DNA of 64,000 nt from an uncultured bacterium. Lineage in GTDB: Bacteria; Arandabacterota; Arandabacteria; Arandabacterales; JALGWA01. The DNA lies in NCBI GenBank assembly GCA_964604955.1, contig CAZSBE010000002.1, positions 194 to 64,193 on the forward strand, read 5' to 3'. A program made the translations under genes and the position numbers. The notes beneath the pieces are model-generated. The model was not told where the DNA came from, searched no databases, and worked only from the letters and a program-made list of their open reading frames with translations. Positions 9,205 through 17,524 of this stretch are shown piece after piece (position 1 is the first letter of the stretch; each line of letters begins with the position of its first letter).

Positions 9205-11619
9205 CTAGGGGCCTTCGAGTCTCCCCAGGGCGGCCTGGGCCTGGTCGCGCGCCGTCCCCGGCGGGGCGGTCTCGAGGTATTTTCTGTACGTCTCGCGGGC
9301 GCGGGCCCCGTCGCCCGTTCTCTCGTATGCCACCGCCAGGTTGCCCCGGGCCGTGAGGAGCAGCGGGCTGGCCTCGAGGGCGCGCTCGAAATAACGGATT
9401 GCCGAATCGGGCTCGTCCGTCCTCAAGAAAGCCAGCCCCATGTCGGAGAGCAGGTTCGCATCATCCGGAGCGACTTCGAGTCCGGCCCTCACGGCACCGA
9501 ACGCCTCGTCGCAGCGTCCCAGACCCATGAGAACCGTAGCCTCCGAATGATAGGGGTGAGGACTGTGAGGCTGGATGTCCCGTGCCGTCCTGATCTGCTC
9601 GATGCCGAGGTCGGGGTTGCCGGTATAGGCCAGGGCTATGCCCAGGCCGATATGGGCGTTGACGGTTGCGTTGTCCCGCGACAGGGCCTCGCGGTAATAG
9701 TGCATGGCCGTGGTGTAATCGCGCTTCCTTGAATAGGCATTGCCCAGGTTGGAGTACATCGGAGCTGGATTCGGGTTGCCCCTGAGGGCCTTTTCGTACT
9801 CGGTGATGGCCAGGTCGACATTGCCGCCCATATAATAGAGGCTGGCGAGCATGTCATGGGCTTCGAAGAAGTCGGGGTCGATGGCGACGGCCCGCTCCGC
9901 CATCAGGAACGACTCGCGCGGCGAGCCCAGCTCGAGAAGAAGTCTGGAGGCGTATATATGCGTGCCCGCATCGTCGCCAGCCGCGGCAACCGCCGCTCCG
10001 ACCGATGCCCTCGCGCCCGCTGTATCCCCGGCCGCTATACACCATCTCGCCAGGTGAAGGTGATACGTGCCGCTGAGAAGCCTCGAGTTGTAGTCCCTCC
10101 TGTCGCCGTCGCGTCCGCGCACCTCAAAGCGCTCGGGCGGCAAGCACTCTCTGCCCTCGCTCTCAAGGGCATACACCATGCCGCAGATATCGGCGTCGTA
10201 CCCGGCGACCACCGGCGGCACGGGCCCCACAAGCGCGAGGTCCGCCGGGCCCAAGGCCTCCACGAACCACTGCACGCATTCATCCACGTTCCGGGGGCCC
10301 GCGGGAAGACCCGCCGCCCGCGGGTTGGACGAGCCCAGCACGAAGACCCGGGCCGGGGCGTTTTCCACAAGCGAGACGTAGAGCAGCGGAAAATCGAGGG
10401 CGCTGCCGCTTCCTATCAGCAACGGCTCCGGGGCGCTCTCATCGCGCGCGCTCTCGACCGCGGCCATCGCATAGTCATGTGCGAACCAGGCGTCATGCCG
10501 CCTCTCGAGCGAGACGAGGTTGGTAACGAATATGAGCGAAACGCCGGCGAGGACGGCCGGCCCCGCCGCCCTGTTGAGCCTCGCCAGTCTCTCGATGAGG
10601 AAGCCGGCGCCGAGGGCGGCGAAGACCCCTACCGTGATGAGGGCCGGGAAGACGTGGCTGTCGATATCCGGGATATTGTATGCGGCCGAGTGGACCCCGT
10701 AGAAAACGAAGACCAAAAGCGCGCCGGCCAGCAGTCTCCATCTCTTGATCGAGACGGCCAGCCCGAGAAGCGCCAGGGCCGAAAGCCACAGGCCCCCCTG
10801 CGCGAACATGAGCCGCAGATAGGCGCCGAAATCGGCGAGCCTCGCGCCGGCTTCGAGGGGTTTCACTCTCCACTTGTAGCCCTGAGCGGTAATGTGGGAG
10901 ATGAAACCGTCAAGCGTCGACGTCTCGCCCCAGGTCAGGGGCGGAGCCTGCGCCGAGCGTATGGGTATGTAAAGCCACACCGTGAGCCCGAGCATCAGAA
11001 AGAGCAGCGCGACGACGACCGCGTTGAGCCTCGGCCTCACCCCCGATACGAGAAGGCCTATTACGGCCGCGGCCAGCGCGTACACCAGGCTGAGGTGATG
11101 GGATACTGCGAGCCCGCCCGCGAGTCCCATGAGCACAAGCACGCTGTCACCGCGCCTCGCGCCGGCCAGGGCAATCAGCAGCAGAGCCGTGACGAAAACG
11201 GCGTTAAGCGTATAGACCTCCGCCCCGGTGGCCTGCAGCCACCAGGCTTCGCGCGTGGCGAGGCCCAGGGCCACCACGACCCCCGCCCACCTTCCGGCCC
11301 CGAGGCCCCTGGCGACCAGATAGACGAAAGCGGTGAGAACCGAGGCGAGAACCGCGGACATGAGATTGTAGCGGTATGCCACCGACCCGAAGGCGAAGAT
11401 GCTGGAGAATATCCTGCCCAGCATGAGATAGAGCGGATAGCCGGGCGGATGCGCGACGCTCAGCGTGCGCGACGCTGCGATCAGCTCCCCGGCGTCCCCG
11501 GGCAGCACGCTGGGCGCCAGCGTGACGATGTAGATGAGAAGGGTCACGAAGAAGATGCAGACACATGCAATAATGTCCGGGCGGGCGCCCGCATCCGGTC
11601 GTCCGGTCAAAGAAATCAT
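9205..11619 (-). CDS. Polytopic membrane protein (DUF2723 / PMT-like GT-C fold) with C-terminal TPR repeats
   Basis: About 11 predicted TM helices in the N-terminal 470 aa. The C-terminus has multiple TPR units (for example AYSRKRDYTTAMHYYREAL). Confidence 0.6.
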   Translation of the reverse strand: MISLTGRPDAGARPDIIACVCIFFVTLLIYIVTLAPSVLPGDAGELIAASRTLSVAHPPGYPLYLMLGRIFSSIFAFGSVAYRYNLMSAVLASVLTAFVYLVARGLGAGRWAGVVVALGLATREAWWLQATGAEVYTLNAVFVTALLLIALAGARRGDSVLVLMGLAGGLAVSHHLSLVYALAAAVIGLLVSGVRPRLNAVVVALLFLMLGLTVWLYIPIRSAQAPPLTWGETSTLDGFISHITAQGYKWRVKPLEAGARLADFGAYLRLMFAQGGLWLSALALLGLAVSIKRWRLLAGALLVFVFYGVHSAAYNIPDIDSHVFPALITVGVFAALGAGFLIERLARLNRAAGPAVLAGVSLIFVTNLVSLERRHDAWFAHDYAMAAVESARDESAPEPLLIGSGSALDFPLLYVSLVENAPARVFVLGSSNPRAAGLPAGPRNVDECVQWFVEALGPADLALVGPVPPVVAGYDADICGMVYALESEGRECLPPERFEVRGRDGDRRDYNSRLLSGTYHLHLARWCIAAGDTAGARASVGAAVAAAGDDAGTHIYASRLLLELGSPRESFLMAERAVAIDPDFFEAHDMLASLYYMGGNVDLAITEYEKALRGNPNPAPMYSNLGNAYSRKRDYTTAMHYYREALSRDNATVNAHIGLGIALAYTGNPDLGIEQIRTARDIQPHSPHPYHSEATVLMGLGRCDEAFGAVRAGLEVAPDDANLLSDMGLAFLRTDEPDSAIRYFERALEASPLLLTARGNLAVAYERTGDGARARETYRKYLETAPPGTARDQAQAALGRLEGP

Positions 11620-13736
11620 CTGCCTCTCGACACAACTGCGAACTTCGTATGGGCGGACAGGTCCGCTGTCTCGTCACGCACGTTCATCTTGAGGACGCAC
11701 ACATAGAGCCCCGGAGCGAGGTGCCCGGCGTTTCCAGAGAGGCTTGCGAGCGGCAACTTGAACTCGGGTGCATCGATCAGCCCCTCACCCCTGAGAACCC
11801 GGAGGCCCGTCACGTCAAAGACCTCGATGAGGTAGCTTGCAAGGAAGTTCGTCTGGCTCGTGAATATGTCGGCTGTTATGACCGCGTCGTTCGGACTCTC
11901 AACCGGATTGGGGTAGAAATGCAGGTTCTCGAGCCTGGCGGTCACCGGGCTTACAGTCAGCGTCACGGTCGCCTGGTTGTTGCCCACATCGCTTTCTACA
12001 TCTTCGTCCACCGGAACAAGTGATATGGAGTAATCGATGTCGCCGTAGTCGCTCAGGCTGGTTTTCCAGGTGGCGGCCGCCTCGGCGATGCCACCGGCGA
12101 CCGCTTCAAGCCCAACCGGGCCCTCATGAACCACCGGGCCCGTGCCGTCCCTGCCCTGCCTCACGGTGAACGTGTAGACGGCCGGCCCCGAAAGGGGGCC
12201 TCCCACGTTCAGCGCCCTGACGGTCGCTGTAAGATCGCTTCCGGCCACCAGCGGGTAGCCGCTCGACCGGCCCTCCCAGCCGAACTCAATGCTCGCGGGA
12301 GTCACCACGAGGTCGCTCAGGGAGTCCCCCGGAATGTCGGCAAAGCGGAGCATGTACGCAGCGACCAGCCGCACGTTGTCGGCGACCTGGTCGAAGTCGA
12401 CGTTGCCGAGCGTGTCGCCCAGCGTGTGATAATGGGGAGTCAACGGTTCGGGGAGATAGCCCAATGTCTGGGCTCCGATCATGAGGGCGGGAATCCCCTG
12501 CCACCAGAACGGTGCATGATCGCTGTTGTGGATCTCCGGGCGAAAGCGGTCTATGAATTGCGTCTGCAGGCCCAGGTTGTCCGCCGTCTCCTGAAGGGCC
12601 TCCGTAATCCAGCCATCGCGATATCCATATACGATCTCGATCCACTTCTCGGCTTCGGTGTATCCGACCATGTCGATGTTGATCACCCCTATTATCGTGT
12701 CATTCGCCGCGAGGTTTTCAGCATAGTAATCGCTGCCAAGCAGCCCGATCTCCTCGGCGGACCACAGGGCGAAAGTGATGCCGAAATCGAACTTCTGACC
12801 GGCGAGCAGCCGCGCGCACTCGAGTACCGTGGTCGCGCCCGAAGCGTTGTCATCCGCTCCCGGGGCAGCGTCTGTCCGCCAGTCCCAGCCCGGCTGCCTG
12901 ACTCCTATGGCGTCGTAGTGGCCACAGATGATATAACGGGCGCTCGTTCTGGTGCCGGGCAGGTCGGCGACTATGTTCACGAAAACAGTATCCTGACCCT
13001 TGTAATACTCGGGCAGCTCCGGTTCGAACTCCTGCTCCCATACCGCCCCGCCTGCGGGAAGAACGTACTGCTCCAGTCGCTGCCTTATATAGGGAGTAAT
13101 GTTCTGTTTGAGGTCATAACGAGCACAGAACCGCGACCTGTACCTGCCGGAGGAGCCATCGAAGTTCATGAAGTATATGGTCTTCTCCACGCTATCGGGA
13201 CTCGCCCCCTCGGTAATCGACCTGATAAAATGAGCGCGCGGCCGCGTCATCGGTCTCTCTGCAAGCAGCTTTTCATGTAGTTCCTCACCTGCAGGCCGGC
13301 CGAGGAGGGCGTTGACCGGGGTGAATTTCACTCGCGAGATAGAGTAGCCGCTGTCCAGGACCATGTAGGCCCGGTCGACTTCACCCGAGAAAACCGTGAT
13401 GCGCTCTGTGCGGTAAACGAGGTCCACGCCTGCCGCTCCCAGAATCTCATCCGGCACCGGATAGGGCGAGTTCCACAGGGGCGCGTCACCTCTGGACCCC
13501 AGCACGTGGACTCCTCCGGCCGAAAGAGCAGCCGGATCGCCTCCCGGCACATCGACAAGCAGCTCGCCGGGCCCGGTGAAAAACCCCCTGAGCGGCTCCA
13601 TACGCGCTTCCAGGATAGCCTCATCCGCCGTCATCACCACCAGCTGCGAACCCGGTTCACCTACCGGGGCTCCCCATATCAGCAGCGTGGCCAGAACCGC
13701 AAGACCGCATGAGACGAATTGCGCCGGCTTTTTCAT
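11616..13736 (-). CDS. Secreted M28-family zinc aminopeptidase with C-terminal FlgD-Ig/T9SS-type sorting domain
   Basis: Signal peptide MKKPAQFVSCGLAVLATLLIW. M28 motifs HYDAIG, DDNASG and SAEEIGLLGS. The tail FYPNPVES...YVCVLKMNVRDE resembles a Por/FlgD C-terminal domain. Confidence 0.75.
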   Translation of the reverse strand: MKKPAQFVSCGLAVLATLLIWGAPVGEPGSQLVVMTADEAILEARMEPLRGFFTGPGELLVDVPGGDPAALSAGGVHVLGSRGDAPLWNSPYPVPDEILGAAGVDLVYRTERITVFSGEVDRAYMVLDSGYSISRVKFTPVNALLGRPAGEELHEKLLAERPMTRPRAHFIRSITEGASPDSVEKTIYFMNFDGSSGRYRSRFCARYDLKQNITPYIRQRLEQYVLPAGGAVWEQEFEPELPEYYKGQDTVFVNIVADLPGTRTSARYIICGHYDAIGVRQPGWDWRTDAAPGADDNASGATTVLECARLLAGQKFDFGITFALWSAEEIGLLGSDYYAENLAANDTIIGVINIDMVGYTEAEKWIEIVYGYRDGWITEALQETADNLGLQTQFIDRFRPEIHNSDHAPFWWQGIPALMIGAQTLGYLPEPLTPHYHTLGDTLGNVDFDQVADNVRLVAAYMLRFADIPGDSLSDLVVTPASIEFGWEGRSSGYPLVAGSDLTATVRALNVGGPLSGPAVYTFTVRQGRDGTGPVVHEGPVGLEAVAGGIAEAAATWKTSLSDYGDIDYSISLVPVDEDVESDVGNNQATVTLTVSPVTARLENLHFYPNPVESPNDAVITADIFTSQTNFLASYLIEVFDVTGLRVLRGEGLIDAPEFKLPLASLSGNAGHLAPGLYVCVLKMNVRDETADLSAHTKFAVVSRGR

Positions 13737-13747
13737 CAGTAGTCTCC

Positions 13748-15616
13748 TTAGAACCTCACTCCGTAGTCGAACCTGAGGTCTTCTCTTCTCTCGCCGGTAT
13801 CGTAGGAAGTCGAACCGAACTTGAGCGTGGCCGACCCGGCGCTCCCCAGTTTGAGAACCCCTATAAGATACCACCGCGAGCCGTCGCTTTTCAACATCTC
13901 TAATGACGGGTAGTACGGGAGCCCGGGTTCGTACTGGAAGAGGCGCGCGGAGTAGTCTTCCACTCTGAATGCGTGAAAGCCGCCCTTGAGCGTGAACCGC
14001 CGGGCCGCCTCCAGGCGCGTATCGAGCCGCACCAGGTCCGAGTAGTAGCTCTCTCGGCGCCCCCCGGCCTCCACCCTGGACCGCTGGCCTTCGATGCGGA
14101 GCCTGAGCCAGAGGATTCTGTGCGGCCTGTACTCGAGGTCGAGCCGGGTGCGGTATCTTGACCTCTCCGACGTCACATCGTCGATCCCCTCGGGCGGCTC
14201 CTCGGCCGCAGTTATCTTCTCGGACGCCTCCATCCGGAAGTCTCCGAAGCCGATGCCGAGTTCGAAGAGCGTCTCAGAACCGGTCGGGTTCAGGCCCCTG
14301 CCGGCCCCGAGGTCTTTGCGGTGAATGTCATTGCTGATCGCGATCAGCGTGCGCGGAGCCGGTTTCAGCGTGAGGCGAAGGAGGAGCCCCTCCTCGCCCG
14401 CCGTCTCGCGCGCGTAGGACGAGAATGGCCGGGAGTGAAGGCTGAGATAAGTCCGCGCATACTTGCGGCCGAGCGCCAGAAGGTCCAGGCCGGGCCGCTC
14501 GAAAGCGATGCCCCCCAGGAAGGCCGTTCCTCCGGCCCCTGAGAAAGCGGCCTCCCCGAATACGCCGAAATCGTCACCCATGTAGGTGAGGTCCACGGAT
14601 GCCAGGCGGTTGGTCCTGCCTTCGACCCAGGGGAAGGCGCCGGCGGCGAATCCCCCGCCGAACCTCGCAAGCGAGAGGCTCATGCCCCCGCGCACCCGCC
14701 CGCGGCTTGAGCGCAGCGCGAATCCTGCAAGGTCTTCGCGGAGCGTATCCCTGCCTTCGGTCTCGGTCGGCGTTACGTGGATTCCCGAGGTCCGTATGTA
14801 CTCGACCTCGCCGTCTTCGTTTAAGGTGGCGTCCAGATGGGTGCTGGATAGCGCGACGCAGAATTCGATGCCGCGGGCCGCGAGCGAGAGCGCCGCCCCG
14901 CCGAGGGCGAAGTTCTCGACCGTCGAGGTGTAAGGCTTGAGCCCGAAAGCCCGGCGGCTCAGTCGCCACGGGCCTATGGTGGACGGCGAGTAGCCGTAAG
15001 GGCCCGAGAAAACGAGCCCGTAGCCCGAGTTCAGGAAGTAGCTGCCCGCCACGATATGCACCCTCGACCACCTCTTCTGCACATAGACGGACTGGAAATC
15101 GTTCAGGCGAGTCTCAAGCCGGTCTTTCTCGACCGTAAGGCCCAGTCCCAGGCCGGAGTAGTCACCTCGAACCGTAAAGTAGGTCTTGTTGGCTTCGATC
15201 GCTGACCGCGGGGGGCTGGATATGAACCTCAGCCTTGCGGTCCCCGTCGGGCGCAACGCTTTCTCAACCGGCTTCACCACGACGAACGGGGCAAGCAGTT
15301 CAACCGTCTCGGCCGTCACGCCTTCGATTCGCGTGAGGTCGTCAAGCGAGCCGAGTTCGCCCGCCTCCCTCAGGTCGACTATCCGGGCGGCAAGCCACGG
15401 GCTGACCCACGGAAGCGCGGCCATGGTTTCGGGGTCGGCGTCGGTCAGATTGATGGGGTCTTTAAGGGCGGCGTCCAGAATGCTGAGAAGGTCCAGGTAC
15501 TCCTCCTCGGACTCCACGTTCTTGAATATCTCATCGCCGGTTTGGCCGAAACACGGGCCGGAGGCTGCGAGGAGAATAAAGCACACTGCGAGCGGAAGGG
15601 GAATGAACGATCTCAC
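13748..15616 (-). CDS. Outer-membrane beta-barrel protein with N-terminal ComEA-like helix-hairpin-helix domain
   Basis: Signal peptide. The HhH motif is INLTDADPETMAALPWVSPWLAARIVDLREAGELGSLDDLTRIEGV. There is a long beta-rich region ending in the C-terminal aromatic ...DYGVRF. Confidence 0.65.
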   Translation of the reverse strand: MRSFIPLPLAVCFILLAASGPCFGQTGDEIFKNVESEEEYLDLLSILDAALKDPINLTDADPETMAALPWVSPWLAARIVDLREAGELGSLDDLTRIEGVTAETVELLAPFVVVKPVEKALRPTGTARLRFISSPPRSAIEANKTYFTVRGDYSGLGLGLTVEKDRLETRLNDFQSVYVQKRWSRVHIVAGSYFLNSGYGLVFSGPYGYSPSTIGPWRLSRRAFGLKPYTSTVENFALGGAALSLAARGIEFCVALSSTHLDATLNEDGEVEYIRTSGIHVTPTETEGRDTLREDLAGFALRSSRGRVRGGMSLSLARFGGGFAAGAFPWVEGRTNRLASVDLTYMGDDFGVFGEAAFSGAGGTAFLGGIAFERPGLDLLALGRKYARTYLSLHSRPFSSYARETAGEEGLLLRLTLKPAPRTLIAISNDIHRKDLGAGRGLNPTGSETLFELGIGFGDFRMEASEKITAAEEPPEGIDDVTSERSRYRTRLDLEYRPHRILWLRLRIEGQRSRVEAGGRRESYYSDLVRLDTRLEAARRFTLKGGFHAFRVEDYSARLFQYEPGLPYYPSLEMLKSDGSRWYLIGVLKLGSAGSATLKFGSTSYDTGERREDLRFDYGVRF

Positions 15617-16440
15617 TCGCCGGTTCCGGTAATGTAGAAGACATCGACCTGAGGCCGGCAGAGGAACCTGAATGGAAATATGTTGGTGCCGATGCCTTTG
15701 TTGACATTGAGGCGAAAATCGCCGAGATCGAAGAGGCCCGAGATATACTCGCTCCTGGAAGCGTAGGGGATCAGGCTCACAATGGCGGGCACTCCTATCT
15801 GACCGCCGTGGGTATGGCCGGACAGCACCAGGTCCACGCCGGCCTCCCTGAGGTCGTCGAGGATGTAATCGGGATGGAAGTGCGTAAGCACGATCACGGG
15901 TTTGGTTCCGTCCACCTCCGAGAGCGCGGTCCTGGGTCTGGCGCGGTGGGTCACGGGGTCGTCGAGTCCGACCAGCAGGAACTCGCCGCAGTCAACGCTC
16001 TCGTTGAAGAGGAATCGGATATTCGGCGAATCTTCCCAGAGCGCGCCTCTGCGCCTGGCGTCCTGAATGACGGCATCGGCATTGCCGCACACGGCGAATA
16101 TGCCCTTGCGAGCCCGCAGCATGGAGGTAAACGCGAGGCCTTCTGCGAGCGAGCTGCGCCCTTTAAGAAGGTCACCTGTGATGAAGACATAGTCAGGCCC
16201 GATCTCCCGCACTATCTTCACGAGTCTCCTCTCCCTCAAGCCGACCCGGGTCGTGTGAGTATCCGCTATATGGACAATGCACACGGGCTCGTCCGGGAAC
16301 CCCCGTATGGTGAGGTTGTGGGTCTCCACCCTTATCCAGTAGGGCTCGATGATGCCCGCGTAGATTAGAAAGCCGACGAGTAGGGACAGCCACCAGATGT
16401 TCTTCTTTGATATGCGCATTTCTTGGAGTGAAGCTAACAC
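15613..16440 (-). CDS. Membrane-anchored calcineurin-like metallophosphoesterase
   Basis: N-terminal TM helix. Motifs DTH, GDLL, GNAD and LSGHTHGGQ. Confidence 0.8.
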   Translation of the reverse strand: MLASLQEMRISKKNIWWLSLLVGFLIYAGIIEPYWIRVETHNLTIRGFPDEPVCIVHIADTHTTRVGLRERRLVKIVREIGPDYVFITGDLLKGRSSLAEGLAFTSMLRARKGIFAVCGNADAVIQDARRRGALWEDSPNIRFLFNESVDCGEFLLVGLDDPVTHRARPRTALSEVDGTKPVIVLTHFHPDYILDDLREAGVDLVLSGHTHGGQIGVPAIVSLIPYASRSEYISGLFDLGDFRLNVNKGIGTNIFPFRFLCRPQVDVFYITGTGE

Positions 16441-16552
16441 AGGCCCGGTTCGCGGTCAATAGAGCCTCCATGTCCGGACGGGCGGGTCGCCGGCAGGGGT
16501 TTGAAAGGCGGGCGGGATTATCAGCGCGGGAACCATCCGCCCGCCAGACAAA

Positions 16553-16577
16553 CTTGTTGCCTATATATGGCAACAAG
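16553..16577. promoter_or_regulatory. Perfect inverted repeat CTTGTTGCC-N7(TATATAT)-GGCAACAAG, candidate operator
   Basis: The 9-bp arms are exact reverse complements around an AT-only spacer. It lies in the 227-bp intergenic region about 110-135 bp upstream of the metallophosphoesterase start. Confidence 0.45.
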
Positions 16578-16667
16578 CGTGCCAGCGGGCAGGCGTACCT
16601 GTCGGTTCTCGGCGCGGGCATCGCCCTGAAACGTCCGAAACCTGACGGCGCCGTCCGTGGAGTGACG

Positions 16668-17519
16668 CTACTGCCATGAGTAGGCGATACCGGCTTCATG
16701 TGTCATCCCCAGATCGAAGTTGACGGTCGATGAAACGTCCAGGCCCAGCCCTCCGGCGCGAAGACCGAGGCCGAACGAGAACTCCATCGGGAAAGTCGAT
16801 GAGCCCAGCCTCACGAGTATTCCACGCATCGCACGCCACTCGAGGCCCGTGGCATAAGCCGTACGGAGGCCGTTCTCTTTCTCCAGCCGGAAGCCGCAGG
16901 CCGCCGACCCCGAGACCGCGTACCCGACGCCCGCGCCCACCCGCCGTGGAACGCCGCCACCCGCGACGCCCAGGCCGGAGGCGAAGGCGTTGCCGATATC
17001 GAAACTGACCCTGAGCCGGGGAGTGACGCGCGCGTATATGAGGAGGTCGAAAGCCATGCAGCGGCCTTCGTAGAGACCGGGAGATATGGCCTCGCCCAGC
17101 CTCAGCCCGGGCTGGAGCCAGAGGTCGCCGCGGCGGAGGGCAACTGAGAAAGCCGCGGTCTGCTCGAAGTAGCCGGGAGCCGCGAGGCCGCTATAGGAGA
17201 AACATGCCCCGGCCCGGCCGCCGCTCAGGGTGACTTTGCCGCGGAGAGCGACGACGTCGATGCCGGCGACGCCGAAAGGCCGGTAGCCGTACGCGTCCAC
17301 AACGCCTTCGGACCGGCGCGCGCCCGAAGCGTGAAAGACCGAGCTGGTCGAACCGTCCACGAGGCCCAGGGCTTCGGGACCCGAACAGCTTCGCTCCGCC
17401 GGGGAAAACGGCCTGAGTTCGAAGGCCGCCTCGGAGGGGGCGGCCAGGAAAAGGCATGAAACAAACAGGCCGGAGAGCGCCAGAGCCCCGCCGAGACGCG
17501 GACGGGCATGTTTCTCCAT
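16668..17519 (-). CDS. Secreted outer-membrane beta-barrel-like protein (hypothetical)
   Basis: Signal peptide LALSGLFVSCLFLAAPSEA. Gly/aromatic-rich alternating pattern. Aromatic C-terminal ...AYSWQ. Confidence 0.5.
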   Translation of the reverse strand: MEKHARPRLGGALALSGLFVSCLFLAAPSEAAFELRPFSPAERSCSGPEALGLVDGSTSSVFHASGARRSEGVVDAYGYRPFGVAGIDVVALRGKVTLSGGRAGACFSYSGLAAPGYFEQTAAFSVALRRGDLWLQPGLRLGEAISPGLYEGRCMAFDLLIYARVTPRLRVSFDIGNAFASGLGVAGGGVPRRVGAGVGYAVSGSAACGFRLEKENGLRTAYATGLEWRAMRGILVRLGSSTFPMEFSFGLGLRAGGLGLDVSSTVNFDLGMTHEAGIAYSWQ

Positions 17520-17524
17520 GACCC

